Assembly (NCBI GenBank): GCA_964016885.1
Contig: OZ024740.1
Location: 400,148,001-400,212,000, forward strand
Source of the DNA: Eledone cirrhosa
Lineage: Eukaryota
Direction: 5' to 3'
Length of the DNA: 64,000 bases
The translations under genes and the position numbers were made by a program. The notes under the pieces were generated by a model that had not been told where the DNA came from, did not search any database, and saw nothing but the letters and a program-made list of their open reading frames with translations. Below, piece after piece: positions 14,030-28,559 of the stretch. How positions within the stretch are numbered: position 1 is the first letter of the stretch; each line of letters begins with the position of its first letter.

Positions 14030-14920
14030 CTGCCCTCAATAGTGTTTAAGAAACTTGTGAAACATTTTAGCAAGAGCATCTTCAAGCTCTTAACTAGCAA
14101 ATACATTTTTGACAAAGATGCCTTAACGCAGCCCTAGCAATAAGCAGATTTAAGGAGAAAATTAATAATAGCCCTAGAGCACCAAAGCCCCCCCCCCCCC
14201 CCCCCCAAAAAAAAAAAAAAAACAGAGCCCGAAAAACAATTTGGTTAAGGTTTCGCTCTCCCCCGAACCTCAAGACCAACATCAGCAGAATATTCCTAGC
14301 TCTAGTAGACACATTCTTCCCATCTAGCCACCTTATTCAACGGACACAACGTTAAAGCCGGTTTTAGCTCAATGTTCACCTTTAAATCCATTATATCCAG
14401 TAAACCATGACTACACAACCTAGCTGGATGCTGAAGTAGGATAAAAAATGCATGCTCTCAAGAGAGCGCATGTAAGACAGAGGACATATAAAAAATGCAT
14501 GCTCTCCAAAGAGCGCATGTAAGACAGAGGACACATAAAAAATGCATGCTCTCCAGAGAGCGCATGTAAGACAGAGGACATATCAAAAATGCATGCTTTC
14601 TAGAGAGCGCGTGTAAGACAGATGTCATATTCTATGAGGCAAAAATGAATTTGTCAAACCCAGACCATACCACCAATCTCTAGCTATACTTCAGTTTTAT
14701 TGAACGACCGTTTAAACAACGCTACAATAACCATGCGGTGTCATTCTGGAAACAGGAAAAAAGAACATGACTAACCTCTCCAGTCATGTATGGTAGCCGA
14801 AAGACGATTTTACTGATTACAATATCAGCTGTAAGACAGCGGAAAGATGTCAATCCTACGTCAATGTTTCTAAGAGGTGGGTGCTCTACAACATCGAGAG
14901 GTGGCTTATATGGAAACATT
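14030..14920 (+). mobile_element. Penelope-like element fragment (RT thumb to GIY-YIG), degenerate, with an internal 47-bp x4 amplification
   Basis: Translates to RARKTIWLRFRSPPNLKTNISRIFLALVDTFFPSSH (cf. RNIIWFNPP...KTNIG..FL.L.DKHFP) and FIERPFKQRYNNHAVSF. Confidence 0.75.
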
Positions 14921-14966
14921 CAATGGATGGGAGTGGAAACTATGAATGGAATATATATTAAGAATC

Positions 14967-15013
<47 letters not shown>

Positions 15014-15035
15014 CTAAAACATATGTATATATATA

Positions 15036-15810
15036 CGAGATGTGTCAGAAAATTAACATGACTGGGATAGGGATTAGTTAGCAGGCTGCATCACCGTGTG
15101 ATGGGCGCAGAGAAACAACCCAACCTGAAGTTTCTATCTGGCTGGGGAATACTCAATCATCACCGGTGATGTGCCACGGATCTTGGAGAATGACTCGGAG
15201 ACCAAGCGTCTGAGCCTTTAGTGAATGTGTCAGGAGTTGTCGAGGCCGAAAGAAGGAAGACAGTCGAAGTCCAAAATCAAACTCTTGTTGATCGCATTCT
15301 TCGATGTGATGGGCACAATTCATATAGATTTTGAGCCACAGGACCAGACGATCAACGAGCATGTCTACAGAGAGATCCTGTGGCGTTTTTTGTGACAGGA
15401 GAAATCGCGACAGGAGAGGACAGGGTTGTGAATGGAGAATACGTGGATAATTCAACTCGACAACGTGCCGGCTCATGTTGCCTTGAGCATCCGGCAGTTC
15501 CTGACCAAGAAAAAATTTGCATTGTTGGAGTAACCTCCCTATACACCCGGCCTGGCTCCGCGTGATTTCTTTTCCCTAAGCTCAAGAGGGTCATCATGGG
15601 GACCCGTTTTCCGGATGTGGAAGCCATGAAGGGGTCCGTAACGAAGGATTCGAGGAGAATTCCAGGTGAATCATACCAGGAACATATGGAGGCATGGCGG
15701 AGAAGGATGGGGAAGTGCGTTAGACATGAGATGTTTATTTCGCAAGCGAAAACGTATAGTTTGAAATATTTTTGGCGACCCCAGTCCAGCTTCTTTTCTG
15801 ACACACCTCG
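15036..15810 (+). mobile_element. Internally deleted mariner transposon with both TIRs and TA target-site duplication
   Basis: TA|cgagatgtgtcagaaaattaacatgactggg ... cccagtccagcttcttttctgacacacctcg|TA; relics IITGD, SKIKLLLIAFFD, DNVPAH, PPYTPGLAPRDF (YSPDLAP motif). Confidence 0.9.
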
Positions 15811-16530
15811 TAGAAATATATATATTCGGATCTAGCTGTCGAAACAGCCGGAGCTCAGCCGTCAGTGTCCTGACTCTTTTCCTATATATATATATATATC
15901 TCATTTATATTTATACTCGGATTCTTTTCCTAGAGTGCTTAAACTATCTGTGACTAATCCCGGTTTTTTTCATAAAAACTGTGATAATTATTGCTATTTT
16001 GCTGAACTCCTTTGTAGAGTTTTTTTCAGAATGTATTTGACTGCTATTTCTTGTAAATAAACATTCACTTCCATCCTGACGTCACTAGCCCCGTTTTTTC
16101 CTCATGTGCTTTTTCATAAATACACATGAAGGCGAACTAGCCAGTTTTAGAATTCCCTTTTTCGGATTATACTACTGTGAGAGCCCTGGTTTCTGTTGAG
16201 CTCTGCTGATGAATGAAATCCAACCGTGACCATCTCCACTGAAAGTTTTCATGAAATAGTCTTTTAAGACTATACAGAGCATTTGATGTTATTCCAAATT
16301 GAAGGATAAGTGTTTCAAACTGTATTTTATCATGAGTTAAAGGTCTATAGATTTTTCCCTGGATTTTACTAAATTCTGTGGATGAATTTATATCCTGATT
16401 CTCTTTTGAGATGAGTTTGAGTTATTTTTCCTAAATCTTTCGTTAACTACTTTTCCCATCTTGACGTTATAGTCGCATATATGTTATAGAATGCCGTTAG
16501 CTTCTTGCTAAAACAATCTCTATACCTCTC

Positions 16531-16652
<122 letters not shown>

Positions 16653-17082
16653 ACGGAAAAAACGTTTTTTCCGTTCATTGCCAGAGAACGTCTCTATGAA
16701 CCACCTAAGAGAACATTAGTCTACGACCTCTTTTATACCATAAACGTGGTTCTGTCTTTGCGCGTAATTGTTTTTCACCGCTCCAAATAATGACGTATTA
16801 TATTCGTTTTTTCCCGTTCTTTGCCAGGGAACGTTTCCACGAACCAAAGTATCGTCTTCCTGTCTTCCTCCGGCTGCAACGTTTTTTGAAATATTCACTT
16901 CTGCGTTCACAGATTGACTTTGTTAGTTTCAGAAGATCCCGTTAAGGGTGAAAGCAGCGATTCTTTGCTTAAACTTTAATCTGTTATTTTAATAAATATT
17001 TGCTCTACGGTTCTTATATATTTGATATATATTTATCCTTATCGAGCCCTCTTTGGATTTTAGTCTTCACATTTATTATTAT

Positions 17083-17116
<34 letters not shown>

Positions 17117-17251
17117 AAAGAGTCAGGATACTGACGGCTGAGCTCCGGCTGTTTCGACAGCTAGATCCGAATATATATATTTCTACGAGGTGTGTCTGAA
17201 AAGAAGCTGGACTGGGGTCGCCAAAAATATTTCAAACTATACGTTTTCGCT

Positions 17252-17417
17252 TTTGGCACAAGGCCAGCAATTAACCAGTTCATTACTCGTACTTTATTTT
17301 ATCGACCCGGTAAGGATGAAAGGCAAAGTTAACCTCGACGGGATTTGAACTCAGACCGTAAAGGGACGTAACTATGCTGGAAAGCATGGCGTGCGACCCT
17401 CCACCGATACTGCCAAT
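17252..17417 (-). mobile_element. SINE family A (3' end clipped)
   Basis: Matches the other family A copies. Confidence 0.85.
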
Positions 17418-17661
17418 TAATCACCCTAGTAATATATAGTAATAATAATAAATGTGAAGACTAAAATCCAAAGTTGGCTCGATAAGGATAAATATATATC
17501 AAATGTATAAGAACCATAGAGCTTCAGAAGATCCCATTAAAGGTGAAAGCAGCGATTCTTTGCTTAAACTTTAATCTGTTATTTTAATATATATATATTT
17601 ATATATACGTATATATATATTTGTTTTGCACTCGTACAGGTCCGTATATATGGGACCAATA

Positions 17662-17698
17662 CGAGCTGAAGATCCGTTAGGTGAAACAATTGTTCTCG
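17662..17698 (+). ncRNA. Minimal type I hammerhead ribozyme motif
   Basis: cgag CTGAAGA tcc gtta ggt GAAA caattg TT ctcg. Stem I is cgag/ctcg; stem III is palindromic (aacaattgtt). Confidence 0.7.
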
Positions 17699-17861
17699 GC
17701 ATGGTGAACTAACTGTTGTGTTACCACTTCTACCTCACTCGTCCCATGGACTGAGTGCTCTACCACTACGGATATTACCTTCCAGTGTTCTACCTTTCTC
17801 TCTTTCTCTCTCTCTATATATATACCTGAATATGCATATATATAAGTTTATATATATATAT

Positions 17862-18658
17862 AAGTCGTGTCATCCGCCTCATACAAAACACAACCTCCCA
17901 TACTGCCTAACCAGAAGAATTTGTACCATTGTAGAAAATATGAATACCAGCAACAAACGCCTAACAGAACTGAGAGAAGTTTTGCTCAAACAAAAATAAC
18001 CATCTCTACTTATAGAAAATGGCACACAGTGGGCTTTAAAAATACCTAAAGAACAACTTAGGACAACCCAAGGAAGAAGAAACCAAGAACTGGTCATACC
18101 ATTTATATTGACACATAACCCATGTCACCAGAATATCTTCAACACTGCCAAAGTAAACCTACCGATCATTGCTCAAAGTAATGAATTAAAAGGTTTAATC
18201 ACAGACCGATCTTTGACTCTTAGTAAAAGACAGCCGAAAAATTTGAACAAAAGCAAAGTTTGACCTTAACAACAAAGACCAATTATTCACTGTATCTAAA
18301 TGCAATGATAGTCGATGTGGCACATGTCAATCCATACACACTGGTCAAGACAAAAACTGGAAAAATATTCCCAAATGCAAATATGAACTGCAAAAGCAGA
18401 AATCTAATTTACTGCATTAAATGCCCGAATTGTGAAGAACTATATGTCTGTCAAACTGGAAATGCACTATCGGAACGTGCACGACTGCACCGACAGAAAA
18501 TCATCGACTCAAATGTCCGTCAGATACCCCTGAGTAACCATCTAGCAACATGTGGCCAGAAAATATTTATAATATTTCCATTCTACAAATTACACAGCCC
18601 AATCAAGAGAAGAATTAAAGAAAAGAATTTTATTGATAAATTCTAACCCAAGTTAAAT
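17862..18658 (+). mobile_element. Penelope-like (Neptune-type) element fragment, RT C-terminus + GIY-YIG, frameshifted
   Basis: SCHPPHTKHNLPYCLTRRICTIV; NCKSRNLIYCIKCPNCEELYVCQTGNALSERARLHRQ...KEKNFIDKF; begins directly at a (TA)n tract. Confidence 0.9.
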
Positions 18659-18667
18659 GAACAATAA

Positions 18668-18997
18668 TAATGGTTTCTTATATAGGCACAAGGCCAGCAA
18701 TTTTTTTTTGGGGGGAAAGTCGATAAAATCGATTTCAGTACGTGACTGGTACTTTATTTTATCGACCCCGTAAGGATGAAAGGCAAAATTAACCTCGGCG
18801 GGCGATAATAATAATTGTTTCTACTTTAGGCACAAGGCCAGCAAATACCCAGTTCATTACTGGTACTTTATTTTATCGACCCCGTAAGGATGAAAGGCAA
18901 AGTCAACCTCGGCGGGATTTGAACTCAGATCATAAAGGGACGTAACTATGCTGGAAAGCATGGCGTCCGACCCTAAACCGATACTGCTAATCCACCC
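18668..18997 (-). mobile_element. Two tandem SINE family A copies (partial + full)
   Basis: tttatcgaccccgtaaggatgaaaggcaaa occurs twice. Confidence 0.85.
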
Positions 18998-19793
18998 CGG
19001 CGATAATAATAATAAAAGTGATATTGATGGTGATGATTACTGAAGATTTTTTATAAATCCCTAGAAAATGCTATTTTCATCATTTCTAAAAATAGCAAAA
19101 CAATTGATGCTTTGGATAGGGTCAAATAGAAGTCGTTAGACATGCTCAACCAACCGTAACGCCTAAACCAATAAGCTTTAGTAATCTAGTGAAACTACAC
19201 ACAGATTGGTCGAAATACAGTTTGCAAAACTTAGCATTCTGTAGCCTCTTTTTACTGTATATAAGGCACAGAATTTACCCATCTCATTACAGTTGAAAAT
19301 TGCAAACTTGACTGTCACCACTGAATATGAACCTGAAGATTGCGAAAGCATGAAAGTACTTAACATTTAATATTCTACCATACTATTTCATTATAATATC
19401 ATTATAATTTTAAAGGATTGTAAATTATAGGAGTAAATCAGACAAAGTTGGAATTCCTTTTATTAATATAAGTTTATATATATATATATAGACTATATAT
19501 GTATGTATATAATATATATCCCCCACTCACTAGCATCTCTCTACATAATTAAATACAAAAAGCAAAACCAGTGAGATATCTATCGACTTTTATATTATTT
19601 TACTATCTTGATATTAGTTTGGTGCCTCATGTCCTTATATTTTCTCACATTGCGTGCGTCTTCATGTACACACACACACACATATATATAAACACACACA
19701 CGTACATTATATTTATATATATATATATGTATAGATAGATACATATATGTAATTTCACACACACTTCCATCCATCGTCACATATATTCCCCAC

Positions 19794-19897
<104 letters not shown>

Positions 19898-19904
19898 ATG
19901 TGTG

Positions 19905-19982
<78 letters not shown>

Positions 19983-20352
19983 CACGCGTGTATGTGTGTG
20001 TGTGTGTGACTGTGTCTGCGTCTTGCATCGTTGGGCGTAAATATGTATATGGCTACTTGCGTGCGTGCGAATGTGTTTAATTATCCATGATGAGGCAGTA
20101 GCAACTTCCTGTGACAAATAACAACTTGTTGAATTTGAGTTCGGCCCATAACGGCGAGTTCACTCTCCAAACATGTTCTTGGCCATTCTCCTTCTCAATC
20201 CTGATTTAAGTGATGCCATGTAGGTAGATCTTAACAATTACTTGGATCATTGAATTTCATAATACAAATGATGAACAGTTCCAGAGAGCGCGAAGTCGCC
20301 AAAAACCGGAGATAATTAGGAAGTCAAATGCATAAAAAAAAATAACAAATAC

Positions 20353-20448
<96 letters not shown>

Positions 20449-20506
20449 AACACAGATACATATATGACTTTATGTATATATATTGTGTTTCTGAGTCGCT
20501 GTCCTC

Positions 20507-21645
20507 CTTCTTCTTCTTCTTCTTCTTCTTCTTCTTCTTCTTCTTCTTCTTCTTCTTCTTCTTCTTCTTCTTCTTCTTCTTTTTTGGTCCGATATTTCTG
20601 AGAACAGAGTACCCAAGCGCGCTTTTCAATTAATATGGCTGGATCCCCAAGTCACACCAGCCGATGGATGTTCAAGATCTACCCCTGGATTTCCTGCTGG
20701 TTGGTTTTGCCTATAAAATCTGTCCAGCGATTTTTTTCTGAGACATTGTAACCACATGCACATGATCTCTCAATTCGGAGAAGTAGCGGATCTACCCGTA
20801 GTGAATTTCTGATCTCCGAGCTACGCACAGTGTCGAGTAACGTTATTAAAAAGACCCTTCGGAGGAACTCCTCTTTAACCGCTTGAATTCGCGATCGTAT
20901 TCTTTCGGTCATTACCCAAGATTGATGGCCATACATAAGGGTTGGCACAAAAATAAAATTGAAAATAGTCAGTTTGGCTTTTACATCTACGTTCCTTCTT
21001 CTGATTACGACTGCTGGAGCTGGCACATTACTGCCTCACCTCATGTGCATTTAATTCAGCCTCCTGCCTTGTATCACTCGTGAACACAGCCCAAAGATAC
21101 TTGAACTTCTCCACCTGCTTCAGTGGAACTACATTCACATGTATAGTGCAATGCGCAGGCTTCCTTCAGAGGACGAGTGTCTCAGTTTTCACAGTACTGA
21201 TTTTCATTGTAGCCATGCAGCACTCGGCATCAAACCTATTTAGTTCAAATCGGAGATCACCTTCTCTCAAGTAAAGTAACACCATGTCGTCTGCAAATTG
21301 CAGCCGATTTTACACCCGGCAGTCGTGATACCACTTCCAACCCGGTTGCGCATGTCAATCCTGTTTATGAAAATAATGAACAGAAAAGGTGACAGTATGC
21401 ATCCTTGACAGTGTCCGACTCCCACATTGAATGGTTTCGATTTAGCACAATTTAACCTGACACAAATACTTGGGAATTCGCATAAAAACATCAGGACAAC
21501 AAAAAGCTGACCATCGATCCCATACTCCTGCAGAACCTTCCAAGGCAGGTCCCGAGGAACGCTGTCATATGCCTTTTTGAGATCTACAAAACAAGAATAT
21601 ACCTCTTGACAATACTCCCACGATTTCTCGAAGAGAAAAGATAAC
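20507..21645 (-). mobile_element. RTE-clade LINE, 5'-truncated, RT domain to (GAA)n tail
   Basis: EKSWEYCQEVYSCFVDLKKAYDSVPR, GHCQGCILSPFLF, FADDMV (frameshifted), FVPTLMYGHQSWVMTERIRSRIQA; (AAG)n tail at 20507-20580. Confidence 0.9.
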
Positions 21646-23258
21646 AACTAAAACATTTTCAACGATAAAACAATTTAATTATCTCATATAGCTACTTGGT
21701 AAATCAGTCTTAAGTTCGTATACCGGTAATGAAATTGAACTATATTAGATAATCTAATGAAAGACAAATCTTTATTGTGACACGGCAGATATACAAGAAA
21801 ACGGTAGTATCATTCAGAACTCCATACTAATTTAGTAGAGTATAATAAATATCTTATTTTGTAATGACAATGAAAACTGAATATTTCGTTTAGAAGACTC
21901 CTCAACGTGATGAAACAATACCTTAAAATATCTCTAAGTAAAAACCTCAGTTCCATAGTCACTACAAATTATATATGTATCGACAGTCGATCGACAAGAT
22001 CCCAGGTCTCATTTGCTTAACGAGTGGGGGTTGGAATTCGTCAAATCGGACCGAGGAAACAATGTTTTTGTTGGTCTTTCAAATTGTTAATACTATCTGT
22101 CGGTCGCAAATCTAGGCAGAAGGAGCAATGTGAAATAAAGTCTCTTGCTCAGACATAACGAATCGTTCGATTGCGAATCCTATTATCTTACCATTCAGCC
22201 ATAAAGTTGTGCGTTAAGCAAACGAAGTATAGATAAAATTATATCTGACAATACGTTGCAGTTTTCTTCTAGCATTGTGTAAAGAGTGGAAAACACAGTT
22301 TTACTGTTTTATTTTCTAGGTTATATCTGTATATATATAATATAAACCGAGACTGTGTAAATGTGTTAAACAATTTACAAATGTTTAGTATATAGACATG
22401 TGAACATACCAAATGATTTTTTAACTTAGTTAAACACCCGATCACTCATAGTAATATACTAAAATAGATATACTAATTTTCATATTGTTAGCGCATGAAT
22501 TAGTAGTTAATTAAGTTATATATTTAATTGTGCGTTAAGCAGCTAAAATATAAAGGAATAGACATTATTCCAGGCGTTACCAGCAATATTATAAATTTAG
22601 CAAAATAGTTGCCGTAAGATTAATTCTAAAACGAACATCGAAGTCAAGTCAATTTCGCTTTCATTAGTTTACATTTCTGTGGTGAAATATATTCATAGGC
22701 AAAACCAATACATCATAAAGAAGAGAAAACATTGTTTGTCTGATAACACGGTCTTTATGTCTTCACAAGAATATGGTATTTTATACATATGAAATAAAGA
22801 AGAACAACAAACATCAGCTACTATAACTATAAAAAATATGAATAAACACTTTGTTTGCTTACATTTGTTTATTTCTTCTATTTTGAGAGAAGAAATATAT
22901 ATAACTAAGCGTTGTAAGAGAAACAGACCAGCCTACAGCGCTCAACTAACTTTCCCACCTTTTAAAAAATATACTTTCCACCATAATTTTTTTATTGGGA
23001 TAAAGATAAATGTTGCTGCTGCTGCTGGATTTCAGTCATCTGGAACAACAAATAAACTGACTTCCGTTCAACTATGATTCATAATGAAGACAGCTTCTAA
23101 ACGTTCTATACGTTATATGGATGAAAGACGTCTTACGGTGTTAAAGAATTTCTTAACATCAACACGCCCTTCATAAATGTATATATATATATATATAGAG
23201 AGAGAGAGAAGGAGGGGGAGAAAGAGAGTGAGAGAAAAAGAGAGGGAGAGAGAAAGAG

Positions 23259-23356
<98 letters not shown>

Positions 23357-24320
23357 TAGATAGATAGATATATTCTTTCGATACTCATCCACCACTGACT
23401 GAATTTTTTGTTATCATTTCGTTATTTTATACGTTTTAACCGACATATACTTACTTTAAATGCCACCGACTCGTATCACCCTCAACCATCAAGCAAAATT
23501 ATTGTTTCTTTTTTATTTGATTATATAGGCAAAGGTAAAGATATGAAATAACAATAGTATGGACCCTGATTGTTTGGTGCAGATAATAACAATATCAATA
23601 TAAACGGACATCATCAACTGAAGAAAATTTCGAACAAAGAAAATCCACTAGGACATTATATCCGTGACAAGGGTGGTAATATGGCAGATTTTAGTAGAGC
23701 GTCAGACAAAATGCGTTCCCGCACTTAGTTACGTCCCTTTATATTTTATTTCATTTCGTATTGCGTTCTACTTCCGATGAACGATAAAATAATCATTAAG
23801 CAAGTATTGAGCTCGGCAAGATTCCTTGCCAGGGCTTATGGTAGAAACCAAGCAAAAAATAACAACACAGGAAAACAAGAAAATGAAATGATGGTATATT
23901 AGGTTAACGCTTGATAGAATTGGAAAATAATCTTAACGTTTAGAATTCTAGTCCTTCATTGGAAGATAGACAGCGAGAGAAATGTAGAAAAAGAATGATA
24001 GAAAAAAGACAACAAAGAAAGTGTAGATAAAGCACGTGTTTTGTTAGTCAACCAAATATATATATTTATATGCATTTGCAAACAAACACTGGATATTTTG
24101 ATTAAAAGGTCAATATTTAAGTGAACATATGTGGAGAAATAAGTTTAAAAACTGTCTCATTGCATACAGGAATTTTGTTCTTTCAATCAATGAAATTTAT
24201 AATTGTGTTTAACTACATGTATGGATACTTTTAGTTATTTTACTTCAGTTAACTTACGTTGCATGTTTGGGCTGAATTGTGGCCAAACAATAACTTGATT
24301 TCATCTTTTGTGGCCGTGCA

Positions 24321-24512
24321 TAATAATTGTTTCTACTTGTTGCACAAGGCCAGCAATTACCCCAGTGTATTACTGGCACTTTATTTTATCGACCCCGTAA
24401 GGATGAAAGGCAAAGTTAACCTCGGCGTGATTTGAACTCAGACCATAAAGGGCCGTAGCTCTTTGCTGCAAAGCATGGCGTCCGACTCTCTACCGATACT
24501 GCCAATCCACCG
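24321..24512 (-). mobile_element. SINE family A, full length
   Basis: A and B boxes plus body as in the other copies. Confidence 0.85.
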
Positions 24513-27500
24513 CCTTGCATAATAATACAGATAATATGAAAAAAACCCAAACTTTGGTAATATGTCCCACTTATTTGGACCGAAATATATGGCACTGAGA
24601 ATATGCAGTTTACTATATATTTACTAATTGTATGCCTTAGATAATATATGATTGACATGCAATGTTGAGCTCAAAACTTGCAGTGGACAAAGCTCACGCA
24701 GGAAGAAAGAGGTGTTGTTACAACAGCAAAACAACATTAATAACAGTAATATCAACAAAAATTCAGCAACAGTAATAACATGAACAGTACTAGCAAAAAT
24801 AATGTAATATAAAATAAATGAAAACAGGAAGAATATGAGAGACCGGTGCCGTTAGTAAAACATCATGGCTACATTGTTAAATTTGTGTTGGAATAACAGA
24901 GCAAGAAGCCAAACTATGGCAGAGAAACACAAGAAAGTTAAGTGACAATTATTTGTTTAAGTAATAATAACGATGGTAGCTTATTTCCTGTCATAAATTC
25001 TTTGTAACTGTATTTATCTATTGTACTTCTAGTCACAGTTGTTTTCCTTTTGGTTACAAGCAATCAAATCTACATTCTTTGGAACATCGTGTTGTTTAAA
25101 TTAGAAATATCTTTAAACGCAATATTTTATGTAAAATGTCGTACAAACGATCCCCATCATCACTTTCAATTTTTTATTGTTTTCACCAGCAGAGTGATTA
25201 TTAGAAATATAAAGAGTAATGTCCATTGTATGAGAATCAGATCAAATACTCGGAAAAACATGTTTCATTCCATGTGATAAAAACGAAATCCTAAGGTAAA
25301 TTTTAACGGATTATCGAATGTATGCAATGGGGGATGGAAACTAGTAATGCATATGACAATTATTTTGAGACACTTCAATATACTCAATGACTAATTATGT
25401 GCATGCATATTTTCCATTCGCTAATTTACCGAGGTAAAAGCACGAGTTCAATGAATTGGGTGTAATTTTCAAGTCGATTATATTATGTAAGTCCAATTCG
25501 TGGTTGAGCAATTTTACTTTACTTGTACCTATATGTGGAATTGAATTTAATATTATCATGGCCGTATCACCTACAATTACTGGTCTGGTTCGTGAAGGTT
25601 GTTTCAGAGCTAAACAACAACATATATATCATATGCTCACATAGATATTCAAATATATTTATTATTGTCACATTGATATAAATATATTTATCTAGCTATG
25701 AGCATCTAAATTTAAATGCTCAAGTAAAGTTTTGAGAGAGATGGAATGGACTTAACTCAATCATTTTAGACGGCTATTATTCCAGTTGTCCGATCAACAG
25801 AACAGCCTGCACATGAAATTACCTTTCAAATGACTGCGCATTCGACAGACAAGTGTGCCCTTAATGAAATTCTTAGCTTGGTTCAGCTTGATAAACTACG
25901 ACTCGACTGGCCCACCGAATTATTAATACAGTCCATACGACAAACTTCCACACAGTTTAAGGTTATAAACTTTCACACCCAAGGTCGACCCAAGACTATG
26001 GAAAACTAAGCTTGCCCATGATGTATCGATCTTGGAACCTCTGATTGTGAAGTAAACTTCTTAAGCCAAGTTGTGTCCACCATAGAGAAAGAAAATGACG
26101 CTACGTATAAAACGACAGAGTGTATTTTATAGTATAAAACCTTTCAGTTAATTCAGTATTTTCATGCTTTCAGAAGACATTAGCATTCGCCCCTAGTCAG
26201 CAAATTGTTCCAATGTTCTAGCATTCCTATCTTTGTTTTTATTTGCCTTTGGCATAGTTTAATACTAGCGTGGTACTCTTGTGTTATGAACATTTCTAGA
26301 CTGTTGCCGTGGTTCTTGTTGCAGCTGTTATTACTACTCAAGATAATTTAGTTTGTAATGCTGTAATTTTTAATGGTAGAAATGCTGCTCTTTTCAGTGT
26401 TGCATTTAGTGTAATTGTTTTTGTTCTTGTTAGTCTTATTTCTATTTTAGATGTTGTTAGTGTTGTAGTTACTACTATTGTAGGAATTCTGTAGATACCA
26501 ACATCGTTATAGTTGCTACTACTTCTGTTTTAGTTGTTGTTGTAGCATAGTGTGATTGTTTTTAGAAATTATCTTTATCTCCTTTATCACTACTATCTGC
26601 TTTGGTTGTTTCTGATGAAGTTATTGTTGCTGCTGTTATTTCTAATGATGTGGTTACTGCTGCTCTTCTTTCTGACGATGTCGTTGTTTTTGTTATTGTC
26701 GTTACTGTTATTTCTGCAGCTGTCCAGTATGCTGCTATTGTTTTTAATGTCACAATCTATATTTTTAGTTCGTATTTTTGATATTATTCTTGTTGACACT
26801 TATTGTTGTTTCTGCAGCTGTTTGGTGGTCATTTGTTTGTTGTTGTTACTGTTTTTGTTACTGTTGTTGTTGTTGTTGTTGCTGCTGCTACATATGCTGG
26901 GTGATGTAAGGTTCGTTGGTAATATTATTGTTATTGTTATGGTTAATGTTATGATAGCTGTTGAGAAGAATGATTACGTTTCTTTTAATAGAAGAATTCT
27001 ATCTTGCCTAAAACATGTGCGGTGTGATTTGTGAGGCAATTTTGAATATGTATTATTTCTTTATGTGAGTATGTGTTTCTATATATATGTATGTGCGTGC
27101 ATATGTGTGTTTGTGCGTGTCAGAGGTGTTGGTATAATGTGGTTGTATAACAAACTTTGACATTCACTTCCGGTTAATTATTTATCTAATGATAAAGCTT
27201 CTGGGTCTATTAGTAGGACTTGTATTAACTTTCGTCTGACTTTATCTTTGATTATATGCATGATTGGCTGGCCAGCAGTTTCATGAAAGTCTTAGCTATC
27301 CAACATCGCTGAGTATTAAACAAATACATATATATTGACCTATCTGAGATCTATATTGTTTAGCATCTGCTCAAAATTATACACGTACCGTCACCATGAA
27401 TTATGTTCCGACCGATGGAACTACTGGTCGATTCAGGGTCACAGTCTTTGATAAATTATTCAAATACTATCTTCGAAGAATAATGACGAAACAAAACAAA

Positions 27501-27761
27501 ACAAAACCTACGTGTATAGAATGAAATATATGATATCTAAGTCTTTCAAAAAGTGACAGAGGGGCCAGTTAGATCTGGAAACGAAACAGACATATAGAAC
27601 GTGACGCACCGAGGGGGTCTTCGCTTTAATACTCCAAGGAAAGTGTTTGACTACTTTGTTAGATATTGTGATCCTGGATGGATCAGCATTACCGGTGGTA
27701 TCGCTCGAAATTGTGCATCCATATTGACGGCCGATGACCATGGGGTATTGAACGTGTCACC

Positions 27762-27823
<62 letters not shown>

Positions 27824-27832
<9 letters not shown>

Positions 27833-28507
27833 CGTTTAAATCGCAAGGGGTCAGATTCGCTAAGGTGAAAAGAATACTAACTATAGACGATTCTGGTCCC
27901 TTGTGATTTGAACGCATATATGTATATGTCTGTGTTCGTTTTTCTTTTATATTCAATTATAATATACGGCTGGCAAATATCTCTTTCTTAGAGCTATTTT
28001 GTTGTAAGAGACTATTTTGAGTTACTAACTCAATATATACCTTTGATATAATTCGGCTTCGTTAACTTGTTGAGCTATTTCAAATGTCGAATAAACCTGG
28101 CTCCTATTTTTAGTGGTGTAAGTTTGTGAGACACCATGTGCGCTATAAATATATATATAGCACAATATTCAGTTTCTTGATTTACTTAGAAGTGTCTAGG
28201 ATACTAATTTATCACCCACTGATGAGCATAAATTGGTAATTCTATTCACAATTGATTCTGCGAAACAACACCAAGTTGTCTGGGTGATTGGTAGTTACCA
28301 CAATTCCGGTTTGTATTTATTTTCTTGATTTTTTTTCTTAAATTGAGACAGGCAGACCTAATTGTCTATAGTTAGTATTCTTTTCACCTTAGCGAATCAG
28401 GTCCCTTGCGATTTGAACGCATATATGTATATATCTGTGTTCGTTTTTCTTTTATATTCAATTATAATATACGACTCGGAAATATCTCTTTCTTAGAGCT
28501 ATTTTGT

Positions 28508-28512
<5 letters not shown>
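27824..28512 (+). mobile_element. ORF-less hammerhead element: ~505-bp unit in partial tandem with a 5' inverted arm, flanked by (TA)n
   Basis: ~27893-28004 repeats at ~28400-28510; 27828-27885 is the inverse of ~28362-28422; hammerhead at 28211-28288. Confidence 0.75.
28211..28288 (+). ncRNA. Type I hammerhead ribozyme, canonical core
   Basis: atcaccca CTGATGA gca-..aattg..caatt..-tgc GAAA caac accaa gttg TC tgggtgat. 8-bp stem I, G10.1-C11.1 pair, GUC cleavage after 28280. Confidence 0.9.
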
Positions 28513-28556
<44 letters not shown>

Positions 28557-28559
28557 ATA

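Noticed and set aside
16825-16965. Further degenerate hammerhead-like strings (also ~7270-7320, ~17523, ~38045, ~38790)
   Set aside because: Core boxes are mutated or stems cannot be completed; not listed as ribozymes
22994-23058. Minus-strand acceptor-like ttgttgttccag followed by MTEIQQQQQHLSLSQ*
   Set aside because: 15 codons with no partner exon or recognisable homology; cannot be supported as an exon
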